Origin: Eisenibacter elegans DSM 3317
GTDB lineage: Bacteria; Bacteroidota; Bacteroidia; Cytophagales; Microscillaceae
Assembly (NCBI RefSeq): GCF_000430505.1
Contig: NZ_AUMD01000021.1
Span: 128,001-192,000, forward strand
Length of the DNA: 64,000 bases
Direction of reading: 5' to 3'
A model generated the notes under the pieces. It was not told where the DNA came from and searched no databases. It saw only the letters and a list, made by a program, of their open reading frames with translations. The position numbers and the translations under genes are program-made. Of the stretch, positions 35,692 through 45,377 are shown one piece after another (positions within the stretch are counted from its first letter, which is position 1; every line of letters begins with the position of its first letter).

Positions 35692-37581
35692 CTATGAGAC
35701 CTTACTAATACGGATAAGGTGTTGCTCACGGTCTCGGCTGTGATAATAGCGGAGGCATTGATTGGCCTCATCCATCTCAAAATACCCGTCCGAGACTTCT
35801 ACTTTGTAGCCTTGGGGGAATTGATAACGAGGGATAAACAGCTCCGTACAGCCATTGCCCATTTCGGGGTAGTGTGTAAACTCAAACTCGAAGATGTGCT
35901 TTCGGTAGTCGAAGAAAAGCCTGTCGGCAATGCCCGAAACGGCCATAGGGTAGGGTCGCAAAATCGCTTTGAGCGAGCGTCCGCCGCTGTAGGGGTCTTC
36001 ATCGTCTTGGTATTCGGTACGGCTAAAGATGGAGCAGTCTTCGGTATTGAGGCCGTCGCCCTGTTCGTGGGTATTGGTGGGGGTGTAGTTCCAATAGCAG
36101 TAATGGAGCAATAGGTTTTTCTCCAGCCTGCTGAGTATCTGGTCAGTAGCCTTGGTATGTGTTTGGTAGTTTTGTGTTTTGAGTGCCCTTCCGTCGTTGA
36201 GATTAAAGGGGATACCCACTTGGCTGATGAACGTAGGCACTCCACCGAGTAGGTCGATGCTTTGTTGTTTGAGGGCTTGCAGGTGTTCTTCCTTTGTGCG
36301 CTCAATCTTTTGTTTGCCCCATACCGTACGGTGGCGGCGCAGGTCATAGTCGAGCCAGGCGCTATGCATTCCGGCAAAATGAGGCATTGCTTCGCGCCAA
36401 ACCACACTATTGACAATCTGCTGTGCGTCTTCGGAGTTGAACTGTGGGTGTTCTTCGTCGAGGGGAGGAGCGCTGAAAATCAGCGCCTCGGAGTGTTGTT
36501 GGCGGATGCCCTCGGCAAAGCGGTTGATGAATGGCAGCAGGTAGTCTTCTGCAAAGTTCACGCGGCGCTCGTTGATTTCGGTAAAGTAGTGAGGCTTGAG
36601 CAGGCGCGAAGTACCGATACCGTCAGACTCCCATACATCGTGGGTTTTCCAAATACAGCGGAAGCCATTGAGCCAAGCCTTTACCCCCGTAGGGTTGAGC
36701 TGTACCTTGCCTTTTTGGGCAGGGCCAAAGCGCCCAAACTCCCAGTTTTCGACCTCGCAAGGGTTACCCAAGCCCAACATCATCGACTGAAAGGGGGTGG
36801 GCGAAGGGCCTTTGCGCAGCAAAAACTGATTGCTGTGGAGGTTTTCCCAGCCTATCCATCCTGCGCTGGGGTTGTGCATGACTTCATAGCCAATCACATT
36901 GGCACAAGTAACCAAACGCTGCGCCAAGGCACTATAAGCAGCGATATAGCGCTGTTGTAAGTATTCTTGGATAGGTATTTGGTTGTGGACGAGTGTCTGG
37001 GGCGCAAAATCATTTCCCGCAAAAAAGAGCGTAAACATCGTAGCGGCAGCCAACTTAGGGTAGTTGCTCAACGTGTAGGCTTGTTGATAGTCGTTGGGCG
37101 ACTCGTGGTGTAGGGTGGCTGCGCCGGCCTTGGCAAACTGCTGTACGTCCAGGCCGGCCAGCTCAAAAGTCCAAGCGGGTGCGCCTGCGCCACCCGAAAA
37201 GCGGCTCCAAGCCTCTTGATAAGGACAAATCAAAACCCAAAGTCCGTGTTGGATGGCTTTACCGGCCAAGCTGCGGATATGATCGAGGTAGGCTTCATCG
37301 TATTGCTCTGGAGCAATAGGCTCTATGGCCTCCCAAGGCACCAGCAAGCGTACCAAATTAAAACCCCACTGCGAGAGTCGTTTGAAGTGTTGGTCGGCCT
37401 CTTCCAGCGGGAAAGGGGTATTGAGGTAGCTGACACGCTTGCGGTCGTAGAAGTTGTCAGGTATTTCGGAGCGAACCCTCGGGGTGTGAGGAAGCAAGGC
37501 GTTGCCGCCTACCGAAATGCCGCGAAAAAACAAGCTCCGGTCGTGCTCATCGACAAATTGTTGGGCTTTGATTTGAATCAT
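35692..37581 (-). CDS. glycoside hydrolase family 5-like protein (YIR007W/EGCrP-like branch)
   Basis: 629 aa. N-terminal FVDEHDRSLFFRGISVGGN and the (beta/alpha)8 pattern support GH5. At the expected NEP acid/base position the sequence reads IGYEVMHNPS; this alignment is by eye and uncertain. Confidence 0.6.
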   Translation of the reverse strand: MIQIKAQQFVDEHDRSLFFRGISVGGNALLPHTPRVRSEIPDNFYDRKRVSYLNTPFPLEEADQHFKRLSQWGFNLVRLLVPWEAIEPIAPEQYDEAYLDHIRSLAGKAIQHGLWVLICPYQEAWSRFSGGAGAPAWTFELAGLDVQQFAKAGAATLHHESPNDYQQAYTLSNYPKLAAATMFTLFFAGNDFAPQTLVHNQIPIQEYLQQRYIAAYSALAQRLVTCANVIGYEVMHNPSAGWIGWENLHSNQFLLRKGPSPTPFQSMMLGLGNPCEVENWEFGRFGPAQKGKVQLNPTGVKAWLNGFRCIWKTHDVWESDGIGTSRLLKPHYFTEINERRVNFAEDYLLPFINRFAEGIRQQHSEALIFSAPPLDEEHPQFNSEDAQQIVNSVVWREAMPHFAGMHSAWLDYDLRRHRTVWGKQKIERTKEEHLQALKQQSIDLLGGVPTFISQVGIPFNLNDGRALKTQNYQTHTKATDQILSRLEKNLLLHYCYWNYTPTNTHEQGDGLNTEDCSIFSRTEYQDDEDPYSGGRSLKAILRPYPMAVSGIADRLFFDYRKHIFEFEFTHYPEMGNGCTELFIPRYQFPQGYKVEVSDGYFEMDEANQCLRYYHSRDREQHLIRISKVS

Positions 37582-37632
37582 ATACAGTGTAAGGGCGCTA
37601 GACAGTGAAAAAGGTGCGGTGGTTGGGCGGAG

Positions 37633-38376
37633 CTACAACCACTCGTATTGATGCTCTTGGATGTCGAGATTGTGATAGACCTTCTGCACGTCGTCGTCGT
37701 CTTCGAGTACGCTGATAAGCTTGAGTACCTCTTTGATGGCTTCATCATCAAGGCTGACCATAGAGACCGGAATGCGTTGCAACTCGGCGTTTTCGGCTTC
37801 TATTTTTTGCTCTTCAAGCCCTTTTTGTACGCGCCCAAAGTCTTCCATCGCGCAGGTTACCAAGAAGGTATTGTCTTGAAACTCTACGTCTTCAGCTCCC
37901 ACATCGATGAGTGTAAGGGTAAACTCATCGGTATCTATACCTTCAGGAGCCTGAATGGTAAACACTCCCTTGCGTTGAAATATAAATTCGAGGGAGCCGT
38001 TAGTGCCGAGGCTGCCGTTGTATTTGCGGAAAGTAGAGCGTACGTTCTGTACAGTACGGGTCGGGTTGTCTGTCATGGCTTCTACAAAAACAGCCACTCC
38101 GTTAGAGCCATATCCTTCGTAGCTTACCTCGGTATAGTCGGTAGAGTCGTTGCCGGTAGCTTTGTTGATGGCGCGTTCGATGTTGTCCTTGGGTACGTTG
38201 GCTCCTTTGGCGTTTTGGATGGCCAATCGCAGGCGCGGGTTCGACTCTGGGTCGCCGCCGCCGGTGCGTGCAGCCACGCTGATTTCTTTGATGAGCTTGG
38301 TAAACAACTTACCGCGTTTGGCATCAGCGGCTCCTTTGCGGTGTTTGATATTGGCCCATTTACTATGTCCTGCCAT
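37633..38376 (-). CDS. yebC: YebC/PmpR family DNA-binding transcriptional regulator
   Basis: MAGHSKWANIKHRKGAADAKRGKLFTKLIKEI... is the invariant YebC N-terminus. Confidence 0.85.
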   Translation of the reverse strand: MAGHSKWANIKHRKGAADAKRGKLFTKLIKEISVAARTGGGDPESNPRLRLAIQNAKGANVPKDNIERAINKATGNDSTDYTEVSYEGYGSNGVAVFVEAMTDNPTRTVQNVRSTFRKYNGSLGTNGSLEFIFQRKGVFTIQAPEGIDTDEFTLTLIDVGAEDVEFQDNTFLVTCAMEDFGRVQKGLEEQKIEAENAELQRIPVSMVSLDDEAIKEVLKLISVLEDDDDVQKVYHNLDIQEHQYEWL

Positions 38377-38439
38377 AACAAATGATGGTATATTTGGTTA
38401 TCAAAAATAGCTATAATACGAAGGCTTACAGCCTAAAAA

Positions 38440-38572
38440 GTACAAAGGTAGCAATTATACCCTATGCAAACAATTGCAGGCTACCTTTTGCGCCGCCACG
38501 GCTGCGTGAAATACCTCAACATTTTTGCCCTGTGCTCATATAGCCATTCCCAAAAAACAGCTACCTTTGTAC
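38440..38572. repeat. perfect 13-bp inverted repeat (GTACAAAGGTAGC / GCTACCTTTGTAC) flanking 107 bp in the yebC / ABC-transporter divergent intergenic region
   Basis: Seen directly. A third partial copy GCTACCTTTT lies at 38480-38489. Confidence 0.55.
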
Positions 38573-38603
38573 CTGTTTTTGACTATACTAGGACAAGCCT
38601 CCA

Positions 38604-40436
38604 ATGAAAACATTCTTTCGTATACTCTCTTACGGCAAGCCGCTCAATCGATACATTATCCCGTATTTTTTGTTTTCGCTCCTATATTCCGTATTTTCTT
38701 TGGCCAACTTCGGTCTATTGGTACCCTTGCTAGATGTCTTGTTTAGTGATACCTCCGTGGCAGCCCAAACAGCAGCGCCCTTTCCAGAGGCTTCGTTTTC
38801 GCCACGCTATGTCATCGACGTATTTTACTACTACTTTTATCATTACATCCGTACCTACGGTGCTTTCAGCACCTTACAGTTCGTTTGTGGTATATTCATT
38901 CTGGCAATGATTTTGTCTAATATTTGCCTCTATTTCTCTATTCGGGTGATGGAGTATATGCGGGTGCAGGTGGTGGAGAACTTGCGCCGCGATTTTTTTA
39001 CCAAAATTACCCAACTACACTTGGGCTACTTTTCCGATCAGCGAAAAGGAGACATCATGGCTCGTATGACTACAGATGCCGTAGAGGTGGAAGCAATGGC
39101 GATGAACACCCTCCGGATGATTTTCAAAGATCCACTCAAAATCATCTTGTTTTTCATCGGCTTGTTTGTCATTTCTGTAAAGCTGACCTTATTTACCTTG
39201 GTATTTATCCCTTTGTCGAGCTTATTGGTGGCCTATGTCATCAACAAGCTCAAGCGCAAGGCCGACTATACCCAGCAGATTTTGGGCAATATGGGCAGTA
39301 TCTTGGATGAAACCATTGGTGGGCTGCGCGTCATCAAAGCCTTTAATGCAGGGCCTTATATCCGAGGGGTGTTTGAAGCCCAAAACCAAGCCTACTCCCG
39401 CACAATGCGCTCCCTTGCCCGCACACGTGAGGCGGCCTCACCTTTGTCAGAAGTGCTCGGCACTACTATCGTGGCCGGTATCTTGCTCTATGGTGGCAGC
39501 TTGGTACTCAGCGACCAGTCGGAGCTGAAAGCCAGCCAGTTTGTAGCATACATCACTCTCTTCTGGCAGATTATGCAGCCTGCCAAAAGCTTGACCAGCG
39601 CCTTCAGTGTGGTGCAGAAAGGTATTGCCGCCGGCGACCGTATCTTTGCTGTATTAGATACGCCTCTGGCCATCACCGACAAGCCCGAGGCCACCCCGCT
39701 CAAGGCCTTTGAAGAGGGAATCACGTTTGAAAACGTCTCTTTCCGCTACGAAGACAATTGGGTGCTCAAAGATATCAGCTTTAGTATCCCTAAGGGCAAA
39801 ACAGTAGCCCTTGTAGGCGAAACAGGCAGCGGCAAGTCTACAATCGCCGACCTTATCCCGCGCTTCTACGACGTACAGTCTGGCGCGATTCGTATCGATG
39901 GGCACGATATCCGCGACTTGCAGTGGGAAACAATTATGCAAAACCTAGGCATTGTTACCCAAGACGCAATCCTCTTTCACGATACCATCTACAACAACAT
40001 TGCCTTTGGCAGCCCCCACGCCACCCGCGAAGAGGTAGAACGCGCCGCACAAATAGCCAATGCCCACGAGTTTATTCTCCATGCTGAGCAAGGCTACCAA
40101 ACGGTCATCGGCGACCGAGGCGTAAAGCTCTCCGGAGGCCAACGACAACGCATCACCATCGCACGGGCAATCTTGAAAAACCCGCCTATACTGATTCTGG
40201 ATGAAGCAACCTCGGCGCTCGATGCAGGCTCCGAAAAACTCGTACAAGAGGCGCTCGATAACCTGATGCAAAACCGCACCTCCTTGGTCATCGCACACCG
40301 CCTCAGCACCATCCAAAACGCAGACGAAATCTTGGTATTGCGCCAAGGCGAAATCATTGAGCGCGGAACGCACGAGTCGCTCCTGCGTAATCAGGATGGG
40401 GTCTACCGTAAGTTCAAACACATGCAAACACTATAA
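38604..40436 (+). CDS. ABC transporter permease/ATP-binding fusion protein (MsbA/lipid-exporter type)
   Basis: Six TM helices, then an NBD with GETGSGKST, LSGGQRQRITIARAILKNPPILILDEATSALD and a His-loop. Confidence 0.85.
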   Translation: MKTFFRILSYGKPLNRYIIPYFLFSLLYSVFSLANFGLLVPLLDVLFSDTSVAAQTAAPFPEASFSPRYVIDVFYYYFYHYIRTYGAFSTLQFVCGIFILAMILSNICLYFSIRVMEYMRVQVVENLRRDFFTKITQLHLGYFSDQRKGDIMARMTTDAVEVEAMAMNTLRMIFKDPLKIILFFIGLFVISVKLTLFTLVFIPLSSLLVAYVINKLKRKADYTQQILGNMGSILDETIGGLRVIKAFNAGPYIRGVFEAQNQAYSRTMRSLARTREAASPLSEVLGTTIVAGILLYGGSLVLSDQSELKASQFVAYITLFWQIMQPAKSLTSAFSVVQKGIAAGDRIFAVLDTPLAITDKPEATPLKAFEEGITFENVSFRYEDNWVLKDISFSIPKGKTVALVGETGSGKSTIADLIPRFYDVQSGAIRIDGHDIRDLQWETIMQNLGIVTQDAILFHDTIYNNIAFGSPHATREEVERAAQIANAHEFILHAEQGYQTVIGDRGVKLSGGQRQRITIARAILKNPPILILDEATSALDAGSEKLVQEALDNLMQNRTSLVIAHRLSTIQNADEILVLRQGEIIERGTHESLLRNQDGVYRKFKHMQTL

Positions 40437-40457
40437 CCCACACCGAAGCCCACCACT

Positions 40458-40985
40458 ATGGATAAAGTACTTATTGTTCTCAAAAATATCACTGTTGCCA
40501 TTTTCCTAGTTGTCCTGAGCTTTGCCTATTATGATATGGGCGAGGGCATCAGCTCTATGATCATTCTGTTTTTGGACAATCAGGGGCTGCCCGGCGCAAA
40601 AATAGACCGTTCTTGGTTCTTTTATGGCCTGAGTCTTTTTGTAGTACTCTTTAATGCGCTGATTGCTACAGCTATCCAATTGTTGCGCCGTTATCCTATT
40701 CAGGCCTTGCCGGTAGCAAAGGCCGACTTTTGGCACGCCAACGAAGAAAATCTGATTGAAACACGATCAATATGGGTAGGATGGTTGGCCGCGCTAGGCA
40801 TATTTGCCAACCTATGGCTGTTGACAATGGTCATCAGAGTCTGGTTTATTCACCGCACACTGATTGGCACAGTAGAGGCATACCACCCCTTCTGGATTGT
40901 ATTGTTGGTCTTCTTGCTGGGTTGGATGATATTTCCCTCATTGCGTTTCCGCAGTCTGCCCAAAGCCGATACAGCCATAGAATAA
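40458..40985 (+). CDS. hypothetical integral membrane protein (4 predicted TM helices)
   Basis: Hydrophobic segments VAIFLVVLSFAYY, LSLFVVLFNALIATAI, WLAALGIFANLWLLTMVI and IVLLVFLLGWMIF. Starts 22 bp after the ABC gene. Confidence 0.5.
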   Translation: MDKVLIVLKNITVAIFLVVLSFAYYDMGEGISSMIILFLDNQGLPGAKIDRSWFFYGLSLFVVLFNALIATAIQLLRRYPIQALPVAKADFWHANEENLIETRSIWVGWLAALGIFANLWLLTMVIRVWFIHRTLIGTVEAYHPFWIVLLVFLLGWMIFPSLRFRSLPKADTAIE

Positions 40986-41054
40986 GGAACAACCAACAAC
41001 CGTAGTGCTTGCTGTGCCCACTAACCATAGCCTCTCCCTATTTGCCACAATTAT

Positions 41055-41375
41055 TTGACTGATAGTTGTATTGGAAGCATACAGCCTGCAGCAAGGCCGC
41101 CCAAAAAAGTATGGCTGCCTCAGCCACGGAAACGATGGCCAAAGAGAAAAAATACCTCCAATTGCGCCTACACGATGGGCTTTTTGCTACTGTTGCCGGA
41201 GTTTGCCAAGTATATTTCTGCTTTCTGGATGGGGATGTTTGTAAGTGCTTACTTTGTACAGGGTATTGTTACAACGCTCCTTATCAGGAAAAATGTTCAG
41301 AAAGAACTCCGAGAACTGCGCGTAGTGGTGGCACTGCAAGAGCGTTTGTTGGAGCAGGAAATTTCATCAGTGTAA
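41055..41375 (+). CDS. small hypothetical (membrane) protein
   Basis: The ORF ends 19 bp before a strong plus-strand terminator. An internal start at MGFLLLLPEFAKYISAFWMGMFVSAYF would give a ~66-aa single-TM protein. An overlapping alternative frame (41066..41440) runs through the terminator and is disfavoured. Confidence 0.3.
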   Translation: MTDSCIGSIQPAARPPKKVWLPQPRKRWPKRKNTSNCAYTMGFLLLLPEFAKYISAFWMGMFVSAYFVQGIVTTLLIRKNVQKELRELRVVVALQERLLEQEISSV

Positions 41376-41393
41376 GGGATACTGTCAGCGCAG

Positions 41394-41437
41394 CTTTTAG
41401 CCGCCTGTGCTTTCATAGGCGGCTAAAAGTGTTCTTT
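41394..41437 (+). terminator. rho-independent terminator
   Basis: Perfect 13-bp stem CTTTTAGCCGCCT / AGGCGGCTAAAAG with a 10-nt loop, followed by TGTTCTTTTAG. Confidence 0.5.
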
Positions 41438-41531
41438 TAGAGGAAAAATTGATGCAGCTAGTCCCCATCATGCGTTCTTGATTCCGCCTGCGTCCTCACA
41501 GACGATTGTAGGGCGGCATCATTTTTAGTTT

Positions 41532-42458
41532 TTATAACGCTTTCCTGATTTCCTCCAACATCTTCTTGCCGCCATCAGCCAAGAGTTCTTCTGCGAGTGT
41601 TTGGCCTATTTTTTCGGCATCGGCAGCGGCTCCGCTGAGGCTTCGGCGCAAGATTTGCGTACCATCAAGGCTGATGATACCGGCCTCTAACGTTACTTGG
41701 TCTTTTTGGAGCGTGGCATAGCCAAAAATCGGCACACTACAGCCGCCTTCTAGTTTGCGCAACAGGCTGCGTTCGGCCTTGAGGCAGGCCTCTGTTTGAG
41801 GGTGATTGACCAACTGTCTGATTTGCTCGTATTTTTTGCTATCTAGCTTGGTAGAGGCTTCTATCGCAATGGCGCCTTGCCCCACAGCAGGGGTAAAAAT
41901 ATTCAAGGGAAGCTCTTCGACGATATACTCTCCATAATTCATTCGGTGTACGCCTGCATAGGCCAAGATAAGCGCATCATAGTAGCCCTCTTCAAGCTTT
42001 TTCATGCGGGTTTGGAGGTTGCCACGAGCTTCGGCTGAGCGCACATTGGGGTAGTAGTGTTTGAGCATCGCCGAGCGGCGGGTAGAAGACGTACCTACCA
42101 CAAACGAACGGTCAAAATCAGCCATACGGGTGTCCGTATTATAGCTAATGACCACATCGTGTGGTTTTTCGCGTTCGTCAAAGGCAATCAAGGCCAAGCC
42201 CTTGCCCAAGCTCGACTGCACGTCTTTGGCACTATGTACGGCGATATCAATCTTTTTTTCTAAAAGTTGCTCTTCTAGCTCTGCCGTAAACAGCCCTTTG
42301 CTGCCGATTTTGGACAAAGATTTATCGAGAATTTTATCTCCTTTGGTTTCAATGGTAATGATTTCAGAAGCGATACCGCCCTTTTTAAGCAATGCTGCAA
42401 TATGTTTGGCTTGCCAAAGGGCAAGTTTGCTTCCTCTCGTACCGATACGTATGGTCAT
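41532..42458 (-). CDS. hemC: hydroxymethylbilane synthase (porphobilinogen deaminase)
   Basis: MTIRIGTRGSKLALWQA...AVHSAKDV and the dipyrromethane-cofactor Cys region (LEGGCSVPI) are present. Start placed at the conserved MTIRIG, in frame with track ORF end 42509. Confidence 0.85.
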   Translation of the reverse strand: MTIRIGTRGSKLALWQAKHIAALLKKGGIASEIITIETKGDKILDKSLSKIGSKGLFTAELEEQLLEKKIDIAVHSAKDVQSSLGKGLALIAFDEREKPHDVVISYNTDTRMADFDRSFVVGTSSTRRSAMLKHYYPNVRSAEARGNLQTRMKKLEEGYYDALILAYAGVHRMNYGEYIVEELPLNIFTPAVGQGAIAIEASTKLDSKKYEQIRQLVNHPQTEACLKAERSLLRKLEGGCSVPIFGYATLQKDQVTLEAGIISLDGTQILRRSLSGAAADAEKIGQTLAEELLADGGKKMLEEIRKAL

Positions 42459-42585
42459 GGGCACAAATAGTACTTTGGTGGAATTTTTACAAAAACAAAA
42501 TTTTTTCAAAAAAATGCAAGCCTTTTGTCAATCTTTAAGTATTGTTAAGGCTTTGCACGGTAGGCTTTGCCGAAGCGCAGCCAAG

Positions 42586-43722
42586 TTATTGGGCGTAGCT
42601 GCCGGTTTGTTTGAGCAATCGCGCCAGCTGTATCGATAGGTTTAAGAACAATATTTTGCCATTCGCATTGCGCTCTAGGTGGCCGTATGCGGTATTGAGG
42701 GCTTCATAAATACCGGGGGTGTTTTCGAGATGCATCACCTTTCCCAGTCCTTGGATAAACTGTACAGCCTCACCTTCGAGCCGTACCAAGCTGCCTAGGG
42801 CTTGCCCTGAGAGCAGTGCGTCGCGGCAGGCTCCCATACCATAACGAATCAGGTTTTTTTGTGTTTCTTTCCCCATTTTCCCAAACACTTCCATAAAAGA
42901 AAGCATCTCCAATACGTCTGACTTATAACAGGCGCGCATCCAATCTCTAAAAAAAGGCAGGTGCTCCATGGCTTCTGATTGTAGCAGGCGGTGGGCTTCA
43001 CTCATACTGCCGTCGGCTAAGTAGCCGATGGCTTGCGCACGGGCTTCGTCTATGGGATAATGGGCAAGCAGGTTTTGGCGTAATTCTTCATCGCTGAAGG
43101 CCGGAATTTGCAGTGCCTGTACCCGCGAGCGGATGGTAGCCAGCAGCTTATCGGGTTGGTAACTGACCAACAAGAAGATTGTACGAGAAGGGGGCTCTTC
43201 TAAAATCTTGAGTATGGCATTGGCCGCGTTGAGGTTCATCCACTCGGGCAGCCACATCAGCAGTACTTTGTAGTTGGCCTCAAAAGGTTTGAGTGCTAGG
43301 GAGTTGACCAGCCTCCTGCTTTCTTCTACTGCGATAGAGGCCTGTTTGTTGTCAGCTTCTATCAAGTGTAGCCATTGGCTGAGATCTAGATAAGGGGTAT
43401 CGAGCAGAGCGCTCCGCCACTCAGCCAAAAAGTCGAGGGAGGTCGCCTTGCTGACGTTTGCCGTGTTGGCAGTTGGGAAGACAAAGTGCAAGTCAGGGTG
43501 AATCAGCTTGCCAGATTTGACACATGACGGACAGACCCCGCAAGCCCCAGTAGCATCAGGTTGTTGGCACAACAACAGCGAGGCATAGGCCCAAGCAATG
43601 GGTAGGGCGGCACCCCCTTCTTGTCCATAGAAAAGCTGTGCATGTGCGATTTGCCCACGGTGATAGGCTTGCAAAAGTTGTTCTTTGACGGTATCGAGCC
43701 CGACAATATCTGAGAAACGCAT
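42586..43722 (-). CDS. holB: DNA polymerase III subunit delta-prime
   Basis: HAQLFYGQEGGAALPIAWAYASLLLCQQP...GVCPSCVKSGKLIHPDLHFVFP (zinc module) and an AAA+-like layout over 378 aa. Confidence 0.75.
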   Translation of the reverse strand: MRFSDIVGLDTVKEQLLQAYHRGQIAHAQLFYGQEGGAALPIAWAYASLLLCQQPDATGACGVCPSCVKSGKLIHPDLHFVFPTANTANVSKATSLDFLAEWRSALLDTPYLDLSQWLHLIEADNKQASIAVEESRRLVNSLALKPFEANYKVLLMWLPEWMNLNAANAILKILEEPPSRTIFLLVSYQPDKLLATIRSRVQALQIPAFSDEELRQNLLAHYPIDEARAQAIGYLADGSMSEAHRLLQSEAMEHLPFFRDWMRACYKSDVLEMLSFMEVFGKMGKETQKNLIRYGMGACRDALLSGQALGSLVRLEGEAVQFIQGLGKVMHLENTPGIYEALNTAYGHLERNANGKILFLNLSIQLARLLKQTGSYAQ

Positions 43723-43746
43723 AAGCGGCAGAACTGAATTTGGAGG

Positions 43747-44181
43747 TTAGGGTTGGCAATGCTTTTGTAGCGCCTCTTGGGCGGGCTGATAACCGAGTGT
43801 CAGCGCCTTTTGCCAGCTTTCACAGGCGCGAGGCTTATCGCCAAGATTAAAAAAAGCCCAGCCTTGGTTATACCATACAAGGTCTTCGTGAGTGAGACCG
43901 CCGTATTGTAGCGCGTCAGCATAGTCATAAAGCGCATCTTGGTATTGCTTCAGGCGCGCCTGGCTGAAGCCGCGCTCTGCATAAGCATCCCCAAGGCGGG
44001 GGTTGTTGTTCAGAACTTGGCTATATAGCGCGATAGCTTGCTGAAACTCGCCGTTTTGGCGCGCTGCGCGTGCTTCGGCTAGTAGTTGGGCTTCGGGTTG
44101 CGCCTGAAGCAGCGCCGAGCCGCTCCAATAGCCCAACAGCAAACCCTGAACAATCAGTACCCCTAGTCTTTTCATTTGCAA
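43747..44181 (-). CDS. TPR-repeat protein (secreted)
   Basis: Signal peptide plus 3 TPR-like units. 10-bp overlap with the upstream TPR gene. Confidence 0.55.
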   Translation of the reverse strand: MQMKRLGVLIVQGLLLGYWSGSALLQAQPEAQLLAEARAARQNGEFQQAIALYSQVLNNNPRLGDAYAERGFSQARLKQYQDALYDYADALQYGGLTHEDLVWYNQGWAFFNLGDKPRACESWQKALTLGYQPAQEALQKHCQP

Positions 44182-45296
44182 AAAAGGCTGATGACATATT
44201 CGACTTCTTTGAAGCCTAGACTCTGCGCCTTTTTCCAGTCATCACAAGCATCTTTCATCGACCCTTTATCTTTAAAAACATTCCCACGGCGGTAGTAATA
44301 GTTTTCATTCTTGGGGTCTAATTTGATGGCTTGGGTCAGATCTTGGAGGGCGCGGTCATAGTTTTCAACATTTATAAAATACGTAGCACGGAGGTAATAG
44401 TTTTCTGCATTTTTGGGCTCATTGGCCAAAAGCGCGTCCAGCGCCGCAAAAGTTTGGCGTGATTCCTGTCTGCGGGAGTGAAAATACGCTTTTTCGCGGT
44501 AGGCGTTGGCTGGGTCTAGTTTGATGGCTTCTGCAAAAGCTGCTTCATAGCCCGCTGTATCCTGTTGAAAAGCTTTGAGATAGGCCATTTGTATAAAGGC
44601 AAAAAGCGGGTCTTTGGCTTTGAGTTTTTCAATCTCTGCGTAGCTTTTTGCTGTTTTTTGTTGAATCATATATAGCCAAGCCAAGGCGCTGAGCGCTTCT
44701 TGGGGGTTGAGATTGGCCCAGGCCTCATATTGTTTGATAGCAGACAGGGTGTCGCCTTGGCGCATATGCAAATCGGCCAGTTCGGGGTAAACTTCTTCGT
44801 ATTGGGGGACGCTCTTTTTCAACTTCTCAAGCACGTCTACAGCTTTTTGTGCTTCTTGAACACCTTCGTAGAGAGAGGCCAAGTGTCGGTAGGCTTCTAC
44901 AAAACTTGGGGCAAAACGGATGGCAGTGGTGAAGTCTTGTACCGCACCGTCGAGGTTACTTAAAAAAGCTCGGCTCAAGCCCCGCTCATTATAAGCTTGC
45001 GCGTTTTGGGGTTCGGCTTGCAGTACTTTGTCAAAGTCATATAACGAGCCTTGGTATAGCTCGGCCTTGCGCTTGGCATAACCCCGATAGAGGTAGGCCT
45101 CTAGGTAATTGGGATTGACTAGGATGGCTGTATCCAAGGCGGCGATGGCCTCGTCCCAGTTTTCATTTTGCAAATAATAAGCGCCTAACTCAAAATAAGC
45201 TGTATCCATTTGCGCCAAGGCGCGTGGTGCAGCGAGCCAAAGACTACAAGGGAGGATAAATGTTTGTAAAAACAAATATGTTAATTTTCTACTCAT
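44172..45296 (-). CDS. TPR-repeat protein (secreted)
   Basis: Signal peptide plus 8-9 TPR units with the recurring A..Y...G...A..D pattern. Confidence 0.6.
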   Translation of the reverse strand: MSRKLTYLFLQTFILPCSLWLAAPRALAQMDTAYFELGAYYLQNENWDEAIAALDTAILVNPNYLEAYLYRGYAKRKAELYQGSLYDFDKVLQAEPQNAQAYNERGLSRAFLSNLDGAVQDFTTAIRFAPSFVEAYRHLASLYEGVQEAQKAVDVLEKLKKSVPQYEEVYPELADLHMRQGDTLSAIKQYEAWANLNPQEALSALAWLYMIQQKTAKSYAEIEKLKAKDPLFAFIQMAYLKAFQQDTAGYEAAFAEAIKLDPANAYREKAYFHSRRQESRQTFAALDALLANEPKNAENYYLRATYFINVENYDRALQDLTQAIKLDPKNENYYYRRGNVFKDKGSMKDACDDWKKAQSLGFKEVEYVISLFCK

Positions 45297-45377
45297 AAAA
45301 ATCAGTAAATTATTCGTTGCTCAATTAGTCCATCAGTATCACAGGGGAGCAAGAGATTGGCAAATCTCGCCTGTTGG

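Noticed and set aside
38240-38270. tRNA-like GGTTCGACTCTGGGTCGCC string
   Set aside because: Lies inside the yebC coding sequence. No cloverleaf or anticodon arm could be built around it.
37648-38385. 245-aa plus-strand ORF
   Set aside because: Mirror frame of the highly conserved yebC gene on the minus strand.
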